Assembly: GCA_964016885.1 (NCBI GenBank)
Contig: OZ024746.1
Location: 32,674,001-32,738,000 of the forward strand
Direction of reading: 5' to 3'
From: Eledone cirrhosa
Taxonomy: Eukaryota
Length of the DNA: 64,000 bases
The notes beneath the pieces were generated by a model. It was given only the letters and a program-made list of their open reading frames with translations, was not told the origin of the DNA and searched no databases. Made by a program: the position numbers and the translations under genes. The first letter of the stretch is position 1; the number at the start of each line of letters is the position of its first letter. This document shows positions 13,621 to 28,100 of the stretch, piece after piece.

Positions 13621-16600
13621 CAGTCCACCCCTACATTCCAACCTACAACACCCATCCAAACAGTAAACTCCTACATTCCAACCTACAACACCCATCCAAA
13701 CAGTAAACTCCTACATTCCAACCTACAACACCCATCCAAACAGTCCACCCCTACATTCCAACCTACAACACCCATCCAAACAGTACACCCCTACATTCCA
13801 ACCTACACCACCCAACCAAACAGTCCACCCCTACATTCCAACCTACAACACCCATCCAAACAGTACACCCCTACATTCCAACCTACACCACCCAACCAAA
13901 CAGTACACCCCTACATTCCAACCTACAACACCCATCCAAACAGTACACCCCTACATTCCAACCTACAACACCCAACCAAACAGTACACCCCTACATTCCA
14001 ACCTACAACACCCATCCAAACAGTCCACCCCTACATTCCAACCTACAACACCCATCCAAACAGTACACCCCTACATCCCAACCTACAACACCCATCCAAA
14101 CAGTCCACCCCTACATTCCAACCTACAACACCCATCCAAACAGTACACTCCTACATTCCAACCTACAACACCCATCCAAACAGTACACCCCTACATTCCA
14201 ACCTATAACACCCATCCAAACAGTACACCCCTACATTCCAACCTACACCACCCAACCAAACAGTCCACCCCTACATTCCAACCTACTCCACCCAACCAAA
14301 CAGACCACCCCTACATTCCAACCTACACCACCCAACCAAACAGTACACCCCTACATTCCAACCTACAACACCCATCCAAACAGTACACCCCTACATTCCA
14401 ACCTACAACACCCATCCAAACAGTACACCCCTACATTCCAACCTACAACACCCATCCAAACAGTCCACCCCTACATTCCAACCTACAACACCCATCCAAA
14501 CAGTACACCCCTTCATTCCAACCTACAACACCCATCCAAACAGTCCACCCCTACATTCCAACCTACACCACCCATCCAAACAGTACACCCCTACATTCCA
14601 ACCTACAACACCCATCCAAACAGTCCACCCCTACATTCCAACCTACAACACCCATCCAAACAGTACACCCCTTCATTCCAACCTACAACACCCATCCAAA
14701 CAGTCCACCCCTACATTCCAACCTACACCACCCATCCAAACAGTACACCCCTACATTCAAACCTACAACACCCATCCAAACAGTACACCCCTACATTCCA
14801 ACCTACAACACCCATCCAAACAGTCCACCCCTACATTCCAACCTACAACACCCATCCAAACAGTAAACCCCTTCATTCCAACCTACAACACCCATCCAAA
14901 CAGTACACCCCTACATTCCAACCTACAACACCCATCCAAACAGTCCACCCCTACATTCCAACCTACAACACCCATCCAAACAGTACACCCCTTCATTCCA
15001 ACCTACAACACCCATCCAAACAGTACACCCCTACATTCCAACCTACAACACCCATCCAAACAGTACACCCCTACATTCCAACCTACAACACCCATCCAAA
15101 CAGTCCACCCCTACATTCCAACCTACACCACCCAACCAAACAGTCCACCCCTACATTCCAACCTACACCACCCAACCAAACAGACCACCCCTACATTCCA
15201 ACCTACAACACCCATCCAAACAGTACACCCCTACATTCCAACCTACAACACCCAACCAAACAGTAAACTCCTACATTCCAACCTACACCACCCAACCAAA
15301 CAGTAAACTCCTACATTCCAACCTACAACACCCATCCAAACAGTCCACCCCTACATTCCAACCTACAACACCCATCCAAACAGTCCACCCCTACATTCCA
15401 ACCTACAACACCCAACCAAACAGTACACCCCTACATTCCAACCTACAACACCCATCCAAACAGTACACTCCTACATTCCAACCTACATCACCCAACCAAA
15501 CAGTACACCCCTACATTCCAACCTACAACACCCAACCAAACAGTACACCCCTACATTCCAACCTACAACACCCATCCAAACAGTACACTCCTACATTCCA
15601 ACCTACAACACCCATCCAAACAGTACACTCCTACATTCCAACCTACACCACCCATCCAAACAGTACACTCCTACATTCCAACCTACAACACCCATCCAAA
15701 CAGTACACTCCTACATTCCAACCTACACCACCTATCCAAACAGTACACTCCTACATTCCAACCTACAACACCCATCCAAACAGTACACTCCTACATTCCA
15801 ACCTACACCACCCATCCAAACAGTAAACTCCTACATTCCAACCTACAACACCCATCCAAACAGTACACCCCTACATTCCAACCTACACCACCCATCCAAA
15901 CAGTACACCCCTACATTCCAACCTACAACACCCATCCAAACAGTCCACCCCTACATTCCAACCTACACCACCCATCCAAACAGTAAACTCCTACATTCCA
16001 ACCTACAACACCCATCCAAACAGTCCACCCCTACATTCCAACCTACACCACCCATCCAAACAGTCCACCCCTACATTCCAACCTACAACACCCATCCAAA
16101 CAGTCCACCCCTACATTCCAACCTACAACACCCAACCAAACAGTACACCCCTACATTCCAACCTACAACACCCAACCAAACAGTCCACCCCTACATTCCA
16201 ACCTACAACACCCATCCAAACAGTCCACCCCTACATTCCAACCTACAACACCCATCCAAACAGTCCACCCCTACATTCCAACCTACAACACCCATCCAAA
16301 CAGACCACCCCTACATTCCAACCTACAACACCCATCCAAACAGTACACCCCTACATTCCAACCTACAACACCCATCCAAACAGTCCACGCCTACATTCCA
16401 ACCTACAACACCCATCCAAACAGACCAACCCTACATTCCAACCTACAACACCCATCCAAACAGTACACCACTACATTCCAACCTACAACACCCATCCAAA
16501 CAGTCCACCCCTACATTCCAACCTACAACACCCATCCAAACAGTCCACCCCTACATTCCAACCTACAACACCCATCCAAACAGTACACCCCTACATTCCA

Positions 16601-19600
16601 ACCTACAACACCCATCCAAACAGTACACCCCTACATTCCAACCTACAACACCCATCCAAACAGTGCACCCCTACATTCCAACCTACAACACCCAACCAAA
16701 CAGTACACCCCTACATTCCAACCTACAACACCCATCCAAACAGTACACCCCTACATTCCAACCTACAACACCCATCCAAACAGTCCACCCCTACATTCCA
16801 ACCTACAACACCCATCCAAACAGTCCACCCCTACATTCCAACCTACAACACCCATCCAAACAGTCCACCCCTACATTCCAACCTACAACACACATCCAAA
16901 CAGTACACCCCTACATTCCAACCTGCAACACCCATCCAAACAGTACACCCCTACATTCCAACCTACAACACCCATCCAAACAGTACACCCCTTCATTCCA
17001 ACCTACAACACCCATCCAAACAGTCCACCCCTACATTCCAACCTACACCACCCAACCAAACAGTCCACCCCTACATTCCAACCTACAACACCCATCCAAA
17101 CAGTCCACCCCTACATTCCAACCTACAACACCCATCCAAACAGTAAACTCCTACATTCCAACCTACAACACCCATCCAAACAGTAAACTCCTACATTCCA
17201 ACCTACAACACCCATCCAAACAGTCCACCCCTACATTCCAACCTACAACACCCATCCAAACAGTACACCCCTACATTCCAACCTACACCACCCAACCAAA
17301 CAGTCCACCCCTACATTCCAACCTACAACACCCATCCAAACAGTACACCCCTACATTCCAACCTACACCACCCAACCAAACAGTACACCCCTACATTCCA
17401 ACCTACAACACCCATCCAAACAGTACACCCCTACATTCCAACCTACAACACCCAACCAAACAGTACACCCCTACATTCCAACCTACAACACCCAACCAAA
17501 CAGTCCACCCCTACATTCCAACCTACAACACCCATCCAAACAGTACACCCCTACATCCCAACCTACAACACCCATCCAAACAGTCCACCCCTACATTCCA
17601 ACCTACAACACCCATCCAAACAGTACACTCCTACATTCCAACCTACAACACCCATCCAAACAGTACACCCCTACATTCCAACCTACAACACCCATCCAAA
17701 CAGTACACCCCTACATTCCAACCTACACCACCCAACCAAACAGTCCACCCCTACATTCCAACCTACTCCACCCAACCAAACAGACCACCCCTACATTCCA
17801 ACCTACACCACCCAACCAAACAGTACACCCCTACATTCCAACCTACAACACCCATCCAAACAGTACACCCCTACATTCCAACCTACAACACCCATCCAAA
17901 CAGTACACCCCTACATTCCAACCTACAACACCCATCCAAACAGTCCACCCCTACATTCCAACCTACAACACCCATCCAAACAGTACACCCCTTCATTCCA
18001 ACCTACAACACCCATCCAAACAGTCCACCCCTACATTCCAACCTACACCACCCATCCAAACAGTACACCCCTACATTCCAACCTACAACACCCATCCAAA
18101 CAGTCCACCCCTACATTCCAACCTACAACACCCATCCAAACAGTACACCCCTTCATTCCAACCTACAACACCCATCCAAACAGTCCACCCCTACATTCCA
18201 ACCTACACCACCCATCCAAACAGTACACCCCTACATTCAAACCTACAACACCCATCCAAACAGTACACCCCTACATTCCAACCTACAACACCCATCCAAA
18301 CAGTCCACCCCTACATTCCAACCTACAACACGCATCCAAACAGTAAACCCCTTCATTCCAACCTACAACACCCATCCAAACAGTACACCCCTACATTCCA
18401 ACCTACAACACCCATCCAAACAGTCCACCCCTACATTCCAACCTACAACACCCATCCAAACAGTACACCCCTACATTCCAACCTACACCACCCAACCAAA
18501 CAGTCCACCCCTACATTCCAACCTACTCCACCCAACCAAACAGACCACCCCTACATTCCAACCTACACCACCCAACCAAACAGTACACCCCTACATTCCA
18601 ACCTACAACACCCATCCAAACAGTACACCCCTACATTCCAACCTACAACACCCATCCAAACAGTACACCCCTACATTCCAACCTACAACACCCATCCAAA
18701 CAGTCCACCCCTACATTCCAACCTACAACACCCATCCAAACAGTACACCCCTTCATTCCAACCTACAACACCCATCCAAACAGTCCACCCCTACATTCCA
18801 ACCTACACCACCCATCCAAACAGTACACCCCTACATTCCAACCTACAACACCCATCCAAACAGTCCACCCCTACATTCCAACCTACAACACCCATCCAAA
18901 CAGTACACCCCTTCATTCCAACCTACAACACCCATCCAAACAGTCCACCCCTACATTCCAACCTACACCACCCATCCAAACAGTACACCCCTACATTCAA
19001 ACCTACAACACCCATCCAAACAGTACACCCCTACATTCCAACCTACAACACCCATCCAAACAGTCCACCCCTACATTCCAACCTACAACACCCATCCAAA
19101 CAGTAAACTCCTACATTCCAACCTACAACACCCATCCAAACAGTAAACTCCTACATTCCAACCTACAACACCCATCCAAACAGTCCACCCCTACATTCCA
19201 ACCTACAACACCCATCCAAACAGTACACCCCTACATTCCAACCTACACCACCCAACCAAACAGTCCACCCCTACATTCCAACCTACAACACCCATCCAAA
19301 CAGTACACCCCTACATTCCAACCTACACCACCCAACCAAACAGTACACCCCTACATTCCAACCTACAACACCCATCCAAACAGTACACCCCTACATTCCA
19401 ACCTACAACACCCAACCAAACAGTACACCCCTACATTCCAACCTACAACACCCAACCAAACAGTCCACCCCTACATTCCAACCTACAACACCCATCCAAA
19501 CAGTACACCCCTACATCCCAACCTACAACACCCATCCAAACAGTCCACCCCTACATTCCAACCTACAACACCCATCCAAACAGTACACTCCTACATTCCA

Positions 19601-22120
19601 ACCTACAACACCCATCCAAACAGTACACCCCTACATTCCAACCTACAACACCCATCCAAACAGTACACCCCTACATTCCAACCTACACCACCCAACCAAA
19701 CAGTCCACCCCTACATTCCAACCTACTCCACCCAACCAAACAGACCACCCCTACATTCCAACCTACACCACCCAACCAAACAGTACACCCCTACATTCCA
19801 ACCTACAACACCCATCCAAACAGTACACCCCTACATTCCAACCTACAACACCCATCCAAACAGTACACCCCTACATTCCAACCTACAACACCCATCCAAA
19901 CAGTCCACCCCTACATTCCAACCTACAACACCCATCCAAACAGTACACCCCTTCATTCCAACCTACAACACCCATCCAAACAGTCCACCCCTACATTCCA
20001 ACCTACACCACCCATCCAAACAGTACACCCCTACATTCCAACCTACAACACCCATCCAAACAGTCCACCCCTACATTCCAACCTACAACACCCATCCAAA
20101 CAGTACACCCCTTCATTCCAACCTACAACACCCATCCAAACAGTCCACCCCTACATTCCAACCTACACCACCCATCCAAACAGTACACCCCTACATTCAA
20201 ACCTACAACACCCATCCAAACAGTACACCCCTACATTCCAACCTACAACACCCATCCAAACAGTCCACCCCTACATTCCAACCTACAACACCCATCCAAA
20301 CAGTAAACCCCTTCATTCCAACCTACAACACCCATCCAAACAGTACACCCCTACATTCCAACCTACAACACCCATCCAAACAGTCCACCCCTACATTCCA
20401 ACCTACAACACCCATCCAAACAGTACACCCCTTCATTCCAACCTACAACACCCATCCAAACAGTACACCCCTTCATTCCAACCTACAACACCCATCCAAA
20501 CAGTACACCCCTACATTCCAACCTACAACACCCATCCAAACAGTACACCCCTACATTCCAACCTACAACACCCATCCAAACAGTCCACCCCTACATTCCA
20601 ACCTACACCACCCAACCAAACAGACCACCCCTACATTCCAACCTACAACACCCATCCAAACAGTACACCCCTACATTCCAACCTACAACACCCAACCAAA
20701 CAGTAAACTCCTACATTCCAACCTACACCACCCAACCAAACAGTAAACTCCTACATTCCAACCTACAACACCCATCCAAACAGTCCACCCCTACATTCCA
20801 ACCTACAACACCCATCCAAACAGTCCACCCCTACATTCCAACCTACAACACCCAACCAAACAGTACACCCCTACATTCCAACCTACAACACCCATCCAAA
20901 CAGTACACTCCTACATTCCAACCTACAACACCCAACCAAACAGTACACCCCTACATTCCAACCTACAACACCCATCCAAACAGTACACCCCTACATTCCA
21001 ACCTACAACACCCATCCAAACAGTACACCCCTACATTCCAACCTACACCACCCATCCAAACAGTACACCCCTACATTCCAACCTACAACACCCATCCAAA
21101 CAGTCCACCCCTACATTCCAACCTACACCACCCATCCAAACAGTAAACTCCTACATTCCAACCTACAACACCCATCCAAACAGTCCACCCCTACATTCCA
21201 ACCTACACCACCCATCCAAACAGTCCACCCCTACATTCCAACCTACAACACCCATCCAAACAGTCCACCCCTACATTCCAACCTACAACACCCAACCAAA
21301 CAGTACACCCCTACATTCCAACCTACAACACCCAACCAAACAGTCCACCCCTACATTCCAACCTACAACACCCATCCAAACAGTCCACCCCTACATTCCA
21401 ACCTACAACACCCATCCAAACAGTCCACCCCTACATTCCAACCTACAACACCCATCCAAACAGACCACCCCTACATTCCAACCTACAACACCCATCCAAA
21501 CAGTACACCCCTACATTCCAACCTACAACACCCATCCAAACAGTCCACGCCTACATTCCAACCTACAACACCCATCCAAACAGACCAACCCTACATTCCA
21601 ACCTACAACACCCATCCAAACAGTACACCACTACATTCCAACCTACAACACCCATCCAAACAGTCCACCCCTACATTCCAACCTACAACACCCATCCAAA
21701 CAGTCCACCCCTACATTCCAACCTACAACACCCATCCAAACAGTACACCCCTACATTCCAACCTACAACACCCATCCAAACAGTACACCCCTACATTCCA
21801 ACCTACAACACCCATCCAAACAGTGCACCCCTACATTCCAACCTACAACACCCAACCAAACAGTACACCCCTACATTCCAACCTACAACACCCATCCAAA
21901 CAGTACACCCCTACATTCCAACCTACAACACCCATCCAAACAGTCCACCCCTACATTCCAACCTACAACACCCATCCAAACAGTCCACCCCTACATTCCA
22001 ACCTACAACACCCATCCAAACAGTCCACCCCTACATTCCAACCTACAACACACATCCAAACAGTACACCCCTACATTCCAACCTGCAACACCCATCCAAA
22101 CAGTCCACCCCTACATTCCA
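13621..22120. repeat. Higher-order duplication domain 2 (~3.1-3.3 kb block repeated at +5440/+5160, partial copy at +3480, internal 760-bp duplication)
   Basis: Markers: paired CAGTAAACTC at 13661+13701/17141+17181/19101+19141; CTACATCCCA at 14071/17551/19511; ACCTACTCCA at 14281/17761/18521/19721; CTACATTCAA at 14751/18231/18991/20191; CAGTCCACGC at 16381/21541; CAGACCAACC at 16421/21581; CAGTGC at 16661/21821; ACCTGC at 16921/22081. Confidence 0.9.
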
Positions 22121-25100
22121 ACCTACAACACCCATCCAAACAGTCCACCCCTACATTCCAACCTACAACACCCATCCAAACAGACCACCCCTACATTCCA
22201 ACCTACAACACCCATCCAAACAGTCCACCCCTACATTCCAACCTACAACACCCAACCAAACAGTACACCCCTACATTCCAACCTACAACACCCATCCAAA
22301 CAGTCCACCCCTACATTCCAACCTACACCACCCATCCAAACAGTCCACCCCTACATTCCAACCTACAACACCCAACCAAACAGTACACCCCTACATTCCA
22401 ACCTACAACACCCAACCAAACAGTACACCCCTACATTCCAACCTACAACACCCATCCAAACAGTCCACCCCTACATTCCAACCTACACCACCCATCCAAA
22501 CAGTACACTCCTACATTCCAACCTACAACACCCAACCAAACAGTACACCCCTACATTCCAACCTACAACACCCATCCAAACAGTCCACCCCTACATTCCA
22601 ACCTACACCACCCATCCAAACAGTCCACCCCTACATTCCAACCTACACCACCCATCCAAACAGTCCACCCCTACATTCCAACCTACACCACCCATCCAAA
22701 CAGTCCACCCCTACATTCCAACCTACACCACCCATCCAAACAGTCCACCCCTACATTCCAACCTACACCACCCATCCAAACAGTCCACTCCTACATTCCA
22801 ACCTACAACACCCAACCAAACAGTACACCCCTACATTCCAACCTACAACACCCATCCAAACAGTCCACCCCTACATTCCAACCTACAACACCCATCCAAA
22901 CAGTCCACCCCTACATTCCAACCTACAACACCCAACCAAACAGTACACCCCTACATTCCAACCTACAACACCCATCCAAACAGTCCACCCCTACATTCCA
23001 ACCTACAACACCCATCCAAACAGTCCACCCCTACATTCCAACCTACAACACCCAACCAAACAGTACACCCCTACATTCCAACCTACACCACCCAACCAAA
23101 CAGACCACCCCTACATTCCAACCTACAACACCCATCCAAACAGTCCACCCCTACATTCCAACCTACACCACCCAACCAAACAGACCACCCCTACATTCCA
23201 ACCTACAACACCCATCCAAACAGTCCACCCCTACATTCCAACCTACACCACCCAACCAAACAGACCACCCCTACATTCCAACCTACACCACCCAACCAAA
23301 CAGACCACCCCTACATTCCAACCTACAACACCCATCCAAACAGTCCAGCCCTACATTCCAACCTACACCACCCAACCAAACAGACCACCCCTACATTCCA
23401 ACCTACAACACCCATCCAAACAGTCCACCCCTACATTCCAACCTACAACACCCACTCAAACAGTCCACCCCTACATTCCAACCTACACCACCCAACCAAA
23501 CAGACCACCCCTACATTCCAACCTACACCACCCAACCAAACAGACCACCCCTACATTCCAACCTACAACACCCATCCAAACAGTCCAGCCCTACATTCCA
23601 ACCTACACCACCCAACCAAACAGACCACCCCTACATTCCAACCTACAACACCCATCCAAACAGTCCACCCCTACATTCCAACCTACACCACCCAACCAAA
23701 CAGACCACCCCTACATTCCAACCTACAACACCCATCCAAACAGTCCACCCCTACATTCCAACCTACACCACCCAACCAAACAGACCACCCCTACATTCCA
23801 ACCTACAACACCCATCCAAACAGTCCACCCCTACATTCCAACCTACACCACCCAACCAAACAGACCACCCCTACATTCCAACCTACAACACCCATCCAAA
23901 CAGTCCACCCCTACATTCCAACCTACACCACCCAACCAAACAGACCACCCCTACATTCCAACCTACAACACCCATCCAAACAGACCACCCCTACATTCCA
24001 ACCTACAACACCCATCCAAACAGTCCACCCCTACATTCCAACCTACAACACCCATCCAAACAGACCACCCCTATATTCCAACCTACAACACCCATCCAAA
24101 CAGTACACTCCTACATTGCAACCTACACCACCCATCCAAACAGTCCACCCCTACATTCCAACCTACACCACCCATCCAAACAGTCCAGCCCTACATTCCA
24201 ACCTACAACACCCATCCAAACAGACCACCCCTACATTCCAACCTACAACACCCATCCAAACAGTACACTCCTACATTCCAACCTACACCACCCATCCAAA
24301 CAGTACACCCCTACATTCCAACCTACACCACCCATCCAAACAGTCCACCCCTACATTCCAACCTACAACACCCATCCAAACAGACCACCCCTACATTCCA
24401 ACCTACAACACCCATCCAAACAGTACACTCCTACATTCCAACCTACACCACCCATCCAAACAGTCCACCCCTACATTCCAACCTACAACACCCATCCAAA
24501 CAGTACACCCCTACATTCCAACCTACAACACCCATCCAAACAGTACAGCCCTACATTCCAACCTACACCACCCATCCAAACAGTCCACCCCTACATTCCA
24601 ACCTACAACACCCATCCAAACAGACCACCCCTACATTCCAACCTACAACACCCATCCAAACAGTACACTCCTACATTCCAACCTACACCACCCATCCAAA
24701 CAGTCCACCCCTACATTCCAACCTACAACACCCATCCAAACAGTCCACCCCTACATTCCAACCTACAACACCCATCCAAACAGTACACCCCTACATTCCA
24801 AACTACAACACCCATCCAAACAGTACACCCCTACATTCCAACCTACAACACCCATCCAAACAGACCACCCCTACATTCCAACCTACAACACCCATCCAAA
24901 CAGTACACTCCTACATTCCAACCTACAACACCCAACCAAACAGTACACCCCTACATTCCAACCTACAACACCCATCCAAACAGTACACTCCTACATTGCA
25001 ACATACAACACCCATCCAAACAGTCCACCCCTACATTCCAACCTACAACACCCATCCAAACAGTACACTCCTACATTCCAACCTACAACACCCATCCAAA

Positions 25101-28100
25101 CAGTCCACCCCTACATTCCAACCTACAACACCCATCCAAACAGTACACCCCTACATTCCAACCTACAACACCCATCCAAACAGTCCACCCCTACATTCCA
25201 ACCTACAACACCCATCCAAACAGACCACCCCTACATTCCAACCTACAACACCCAACCAAACAGTACACTCCTACATTCCAACCTACAACACCCATCCAAA
25301 CAGTCCACCCCTACATTCCAACCTACAACACCCATCCAAACAGTACACCCCTACATTCCAACCTACAACACCCATCCAAACAGTCCACCCCTACACTCCA
25401 ACCTACAACACCCATATAAACAGACCACCCCTACATTCCAACCTACAACACCCATCCAAACAGTACACCCCTACATTCCAACCTACAACACCCATCCAAA
25501 CAGTCCACCCCTACATTCCAACCTATAACACCCATCCAAACAGACCACCCCTACATTCCAACCTACAACACCCATCCAAACAGTCCACCCCTACATTCCA
25601 ACCTACAACACCCATCCAAACAGTACACCCCTACATTCCAACCTACAACACCCATCCAAACAGTCCACTCCTACATTCCAACCTACAACACCCATCCAAA
25701 CAGACCACCCCTACATTCCAACCTACAACACCCATCCAAACAGTACACTCCTACATTCCAACCTACACCACCCAACCAAACAGTACACCCCTACATTCCA
25801 ACCTACAACACCCATCCAAACAGTACACTCCTACATTCCAACCTACAACACCCATCCAAACAGTCCACGCCTACATTCCAACCTACAACACCCATCCAAA
25901 CAGTCCACCCCTACATTCCAACCTACAACACCCATCCAAACAGACCACCCCTACATTCCAACCTACAACACCCAACCAAACAGTACACTCCTACATTCCA
26001 ACCTACAACACCCATCCAAACAGTCCACCCCTACATTCCAACCTACAACACCCATCCAAACAGTACACCCCTACATTCCAACCTACAACACCCATCCAAA
26101 CAGTCCACCCCTACATTCCAACCTACAACACCCATCCAAACAGTACACTCCTACATTCCAACCTACAACACCCATCCAAACAGTCCACCCCTACATTCCA
26201 ACCTACAACACCCATCCAAACAGTACACCCCTACATTCCAACCTACAACACCCATCCAAACAGACCACCCCTACATTCCAACCTACAACACCCATCCAAA
26301 CAGTACACCACTACATTCCAACCTACAACACCCATCCAAACAGTACACCCCTACATTCCAACCTACAACACCCATCCAAACAGTACACCCCTACATTCCA
26401 ACCTACAACACCCATCCAAACAGTACACTCCTACATTCCAACCTACAACACCCATCCAAACAGACCACCCCTACATTCCAACCTACAACACCCATCCAAA
26501 CAGTACACCCCTACATTCCAACCTACAACACCCAACCAAACAGTACACCCCTACATTCCAACCTACAACACCCATCCAAACAGTACACTCCTACATTCCA
26601 ACCTACAACACCCATCCAAACAGTCCACCCCTACATTCCAACCTACAACACCCAACCAAACAGTACACCCCTACATTCCAACCTACAACACCCAACCAAA
26701 CAGTACACCCCTACATTCCAACCTACAACACCCATCCAAACAGTCCACCCCTACATTCCAACCTACAACACCCATCCAAACAGACCACCCCTACATTCCA
26801 ACCTACAACACCCATCCAAACAGTACACTCCTACATTCCAACCTACAACACCCATCCAAACAGACCACCCCTACATTCCAACCTACAACACCCATCCAAA
26901 CAGTACACTCCTACATTCCAACCTACAACACCCATCCAAACAGTACACTCCTACATTCCAACCTACAACACCCATCCAAACAGTCCACCCCTACATTCCA
27001 ACCTACAACACCCATCCAAACAGACCACCCCTACATTCCAACCTACAACACCCATCCAAACAGTACACTCCTACATTCCAACCTACAACACCCATCCAAA
27101 CAGTCCACCCCTACATTCCAACCTACAACACCCATCCAAACAGACCACCCCTACATTCCAACCTACAACACCCATCCAAACAGTACACTCCTACATTCCA
27201 ACCTACAACACCCATCCAAACAGACCACCCCTACATTCCAACCTACAACACCCATCCAAACAGTACACTCCTACATTCCAACCTACAACACCCATCCAAA
27301 CAGTACACTCCTACATTCCAACCTACAACACCCATCCAAACAGTCCACCCCTACATTCCAACCTACAACACCCATCCAAACAGACCACCCCTACATTCCA
27401 ACCTACAACACCCATCCAAACAGTACACCCCTACATTCCAACCTACACCACCCATCCAAACAGTACACTCCTACATTCCAACCTACAACACCCATCCAAA
27501 CAGTCCACCCCTACATTCCAACCTACAACACCCATCCAAACAGACCACCCCTACATTCCAACCTACAACACCCATCCAAACAGTACACTCCTACATTCCA
27601 ACCTACAACACCCATCCAAACAGACCACCCCTACATTCCAACCTACAACACCCATCCAAACAGTACACTCCTACATTCCAACCTACAACACCCATCCAAA
27701 CAGTACACTCCTACATTCCAACCTACAACACCCATCCAAACAGTCCACCCCTACATTCCAACCTACAACACCCATCCAAACAGTACACTCCTACATTCCA
27801 ACCTACAACACCCATCCAAACAGTACACTCCTACATTCCAACCTACAACACCCATCCAAACAGTCCACCCCTACATTCCAACCTACAACACCCATCCAAA
27901 CAGTACACTCCTACATTCCAACCTACAACACCCATCCAAACAGTACACTCCTACATTCCAACCTACAACACCCATCCAAACAGTACACTCCTACATTCCA
28001 ACCTACAACACCCATCCAAACAGTACACTCCTACATTCCAACCTACAACACCCATCCAAACAGTCCACCCCTACATTCCAACCTACAACACCCATCCAAA

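Noticed and set aside
16663-25528. ORFs 16663-19146, 21823-25419 and 24116-25528
   Set aside because: Same artefact: starts are GTG or TTG created by single substitutions, I saw no ATG on the + strand, and variation shows no codon-position bias.
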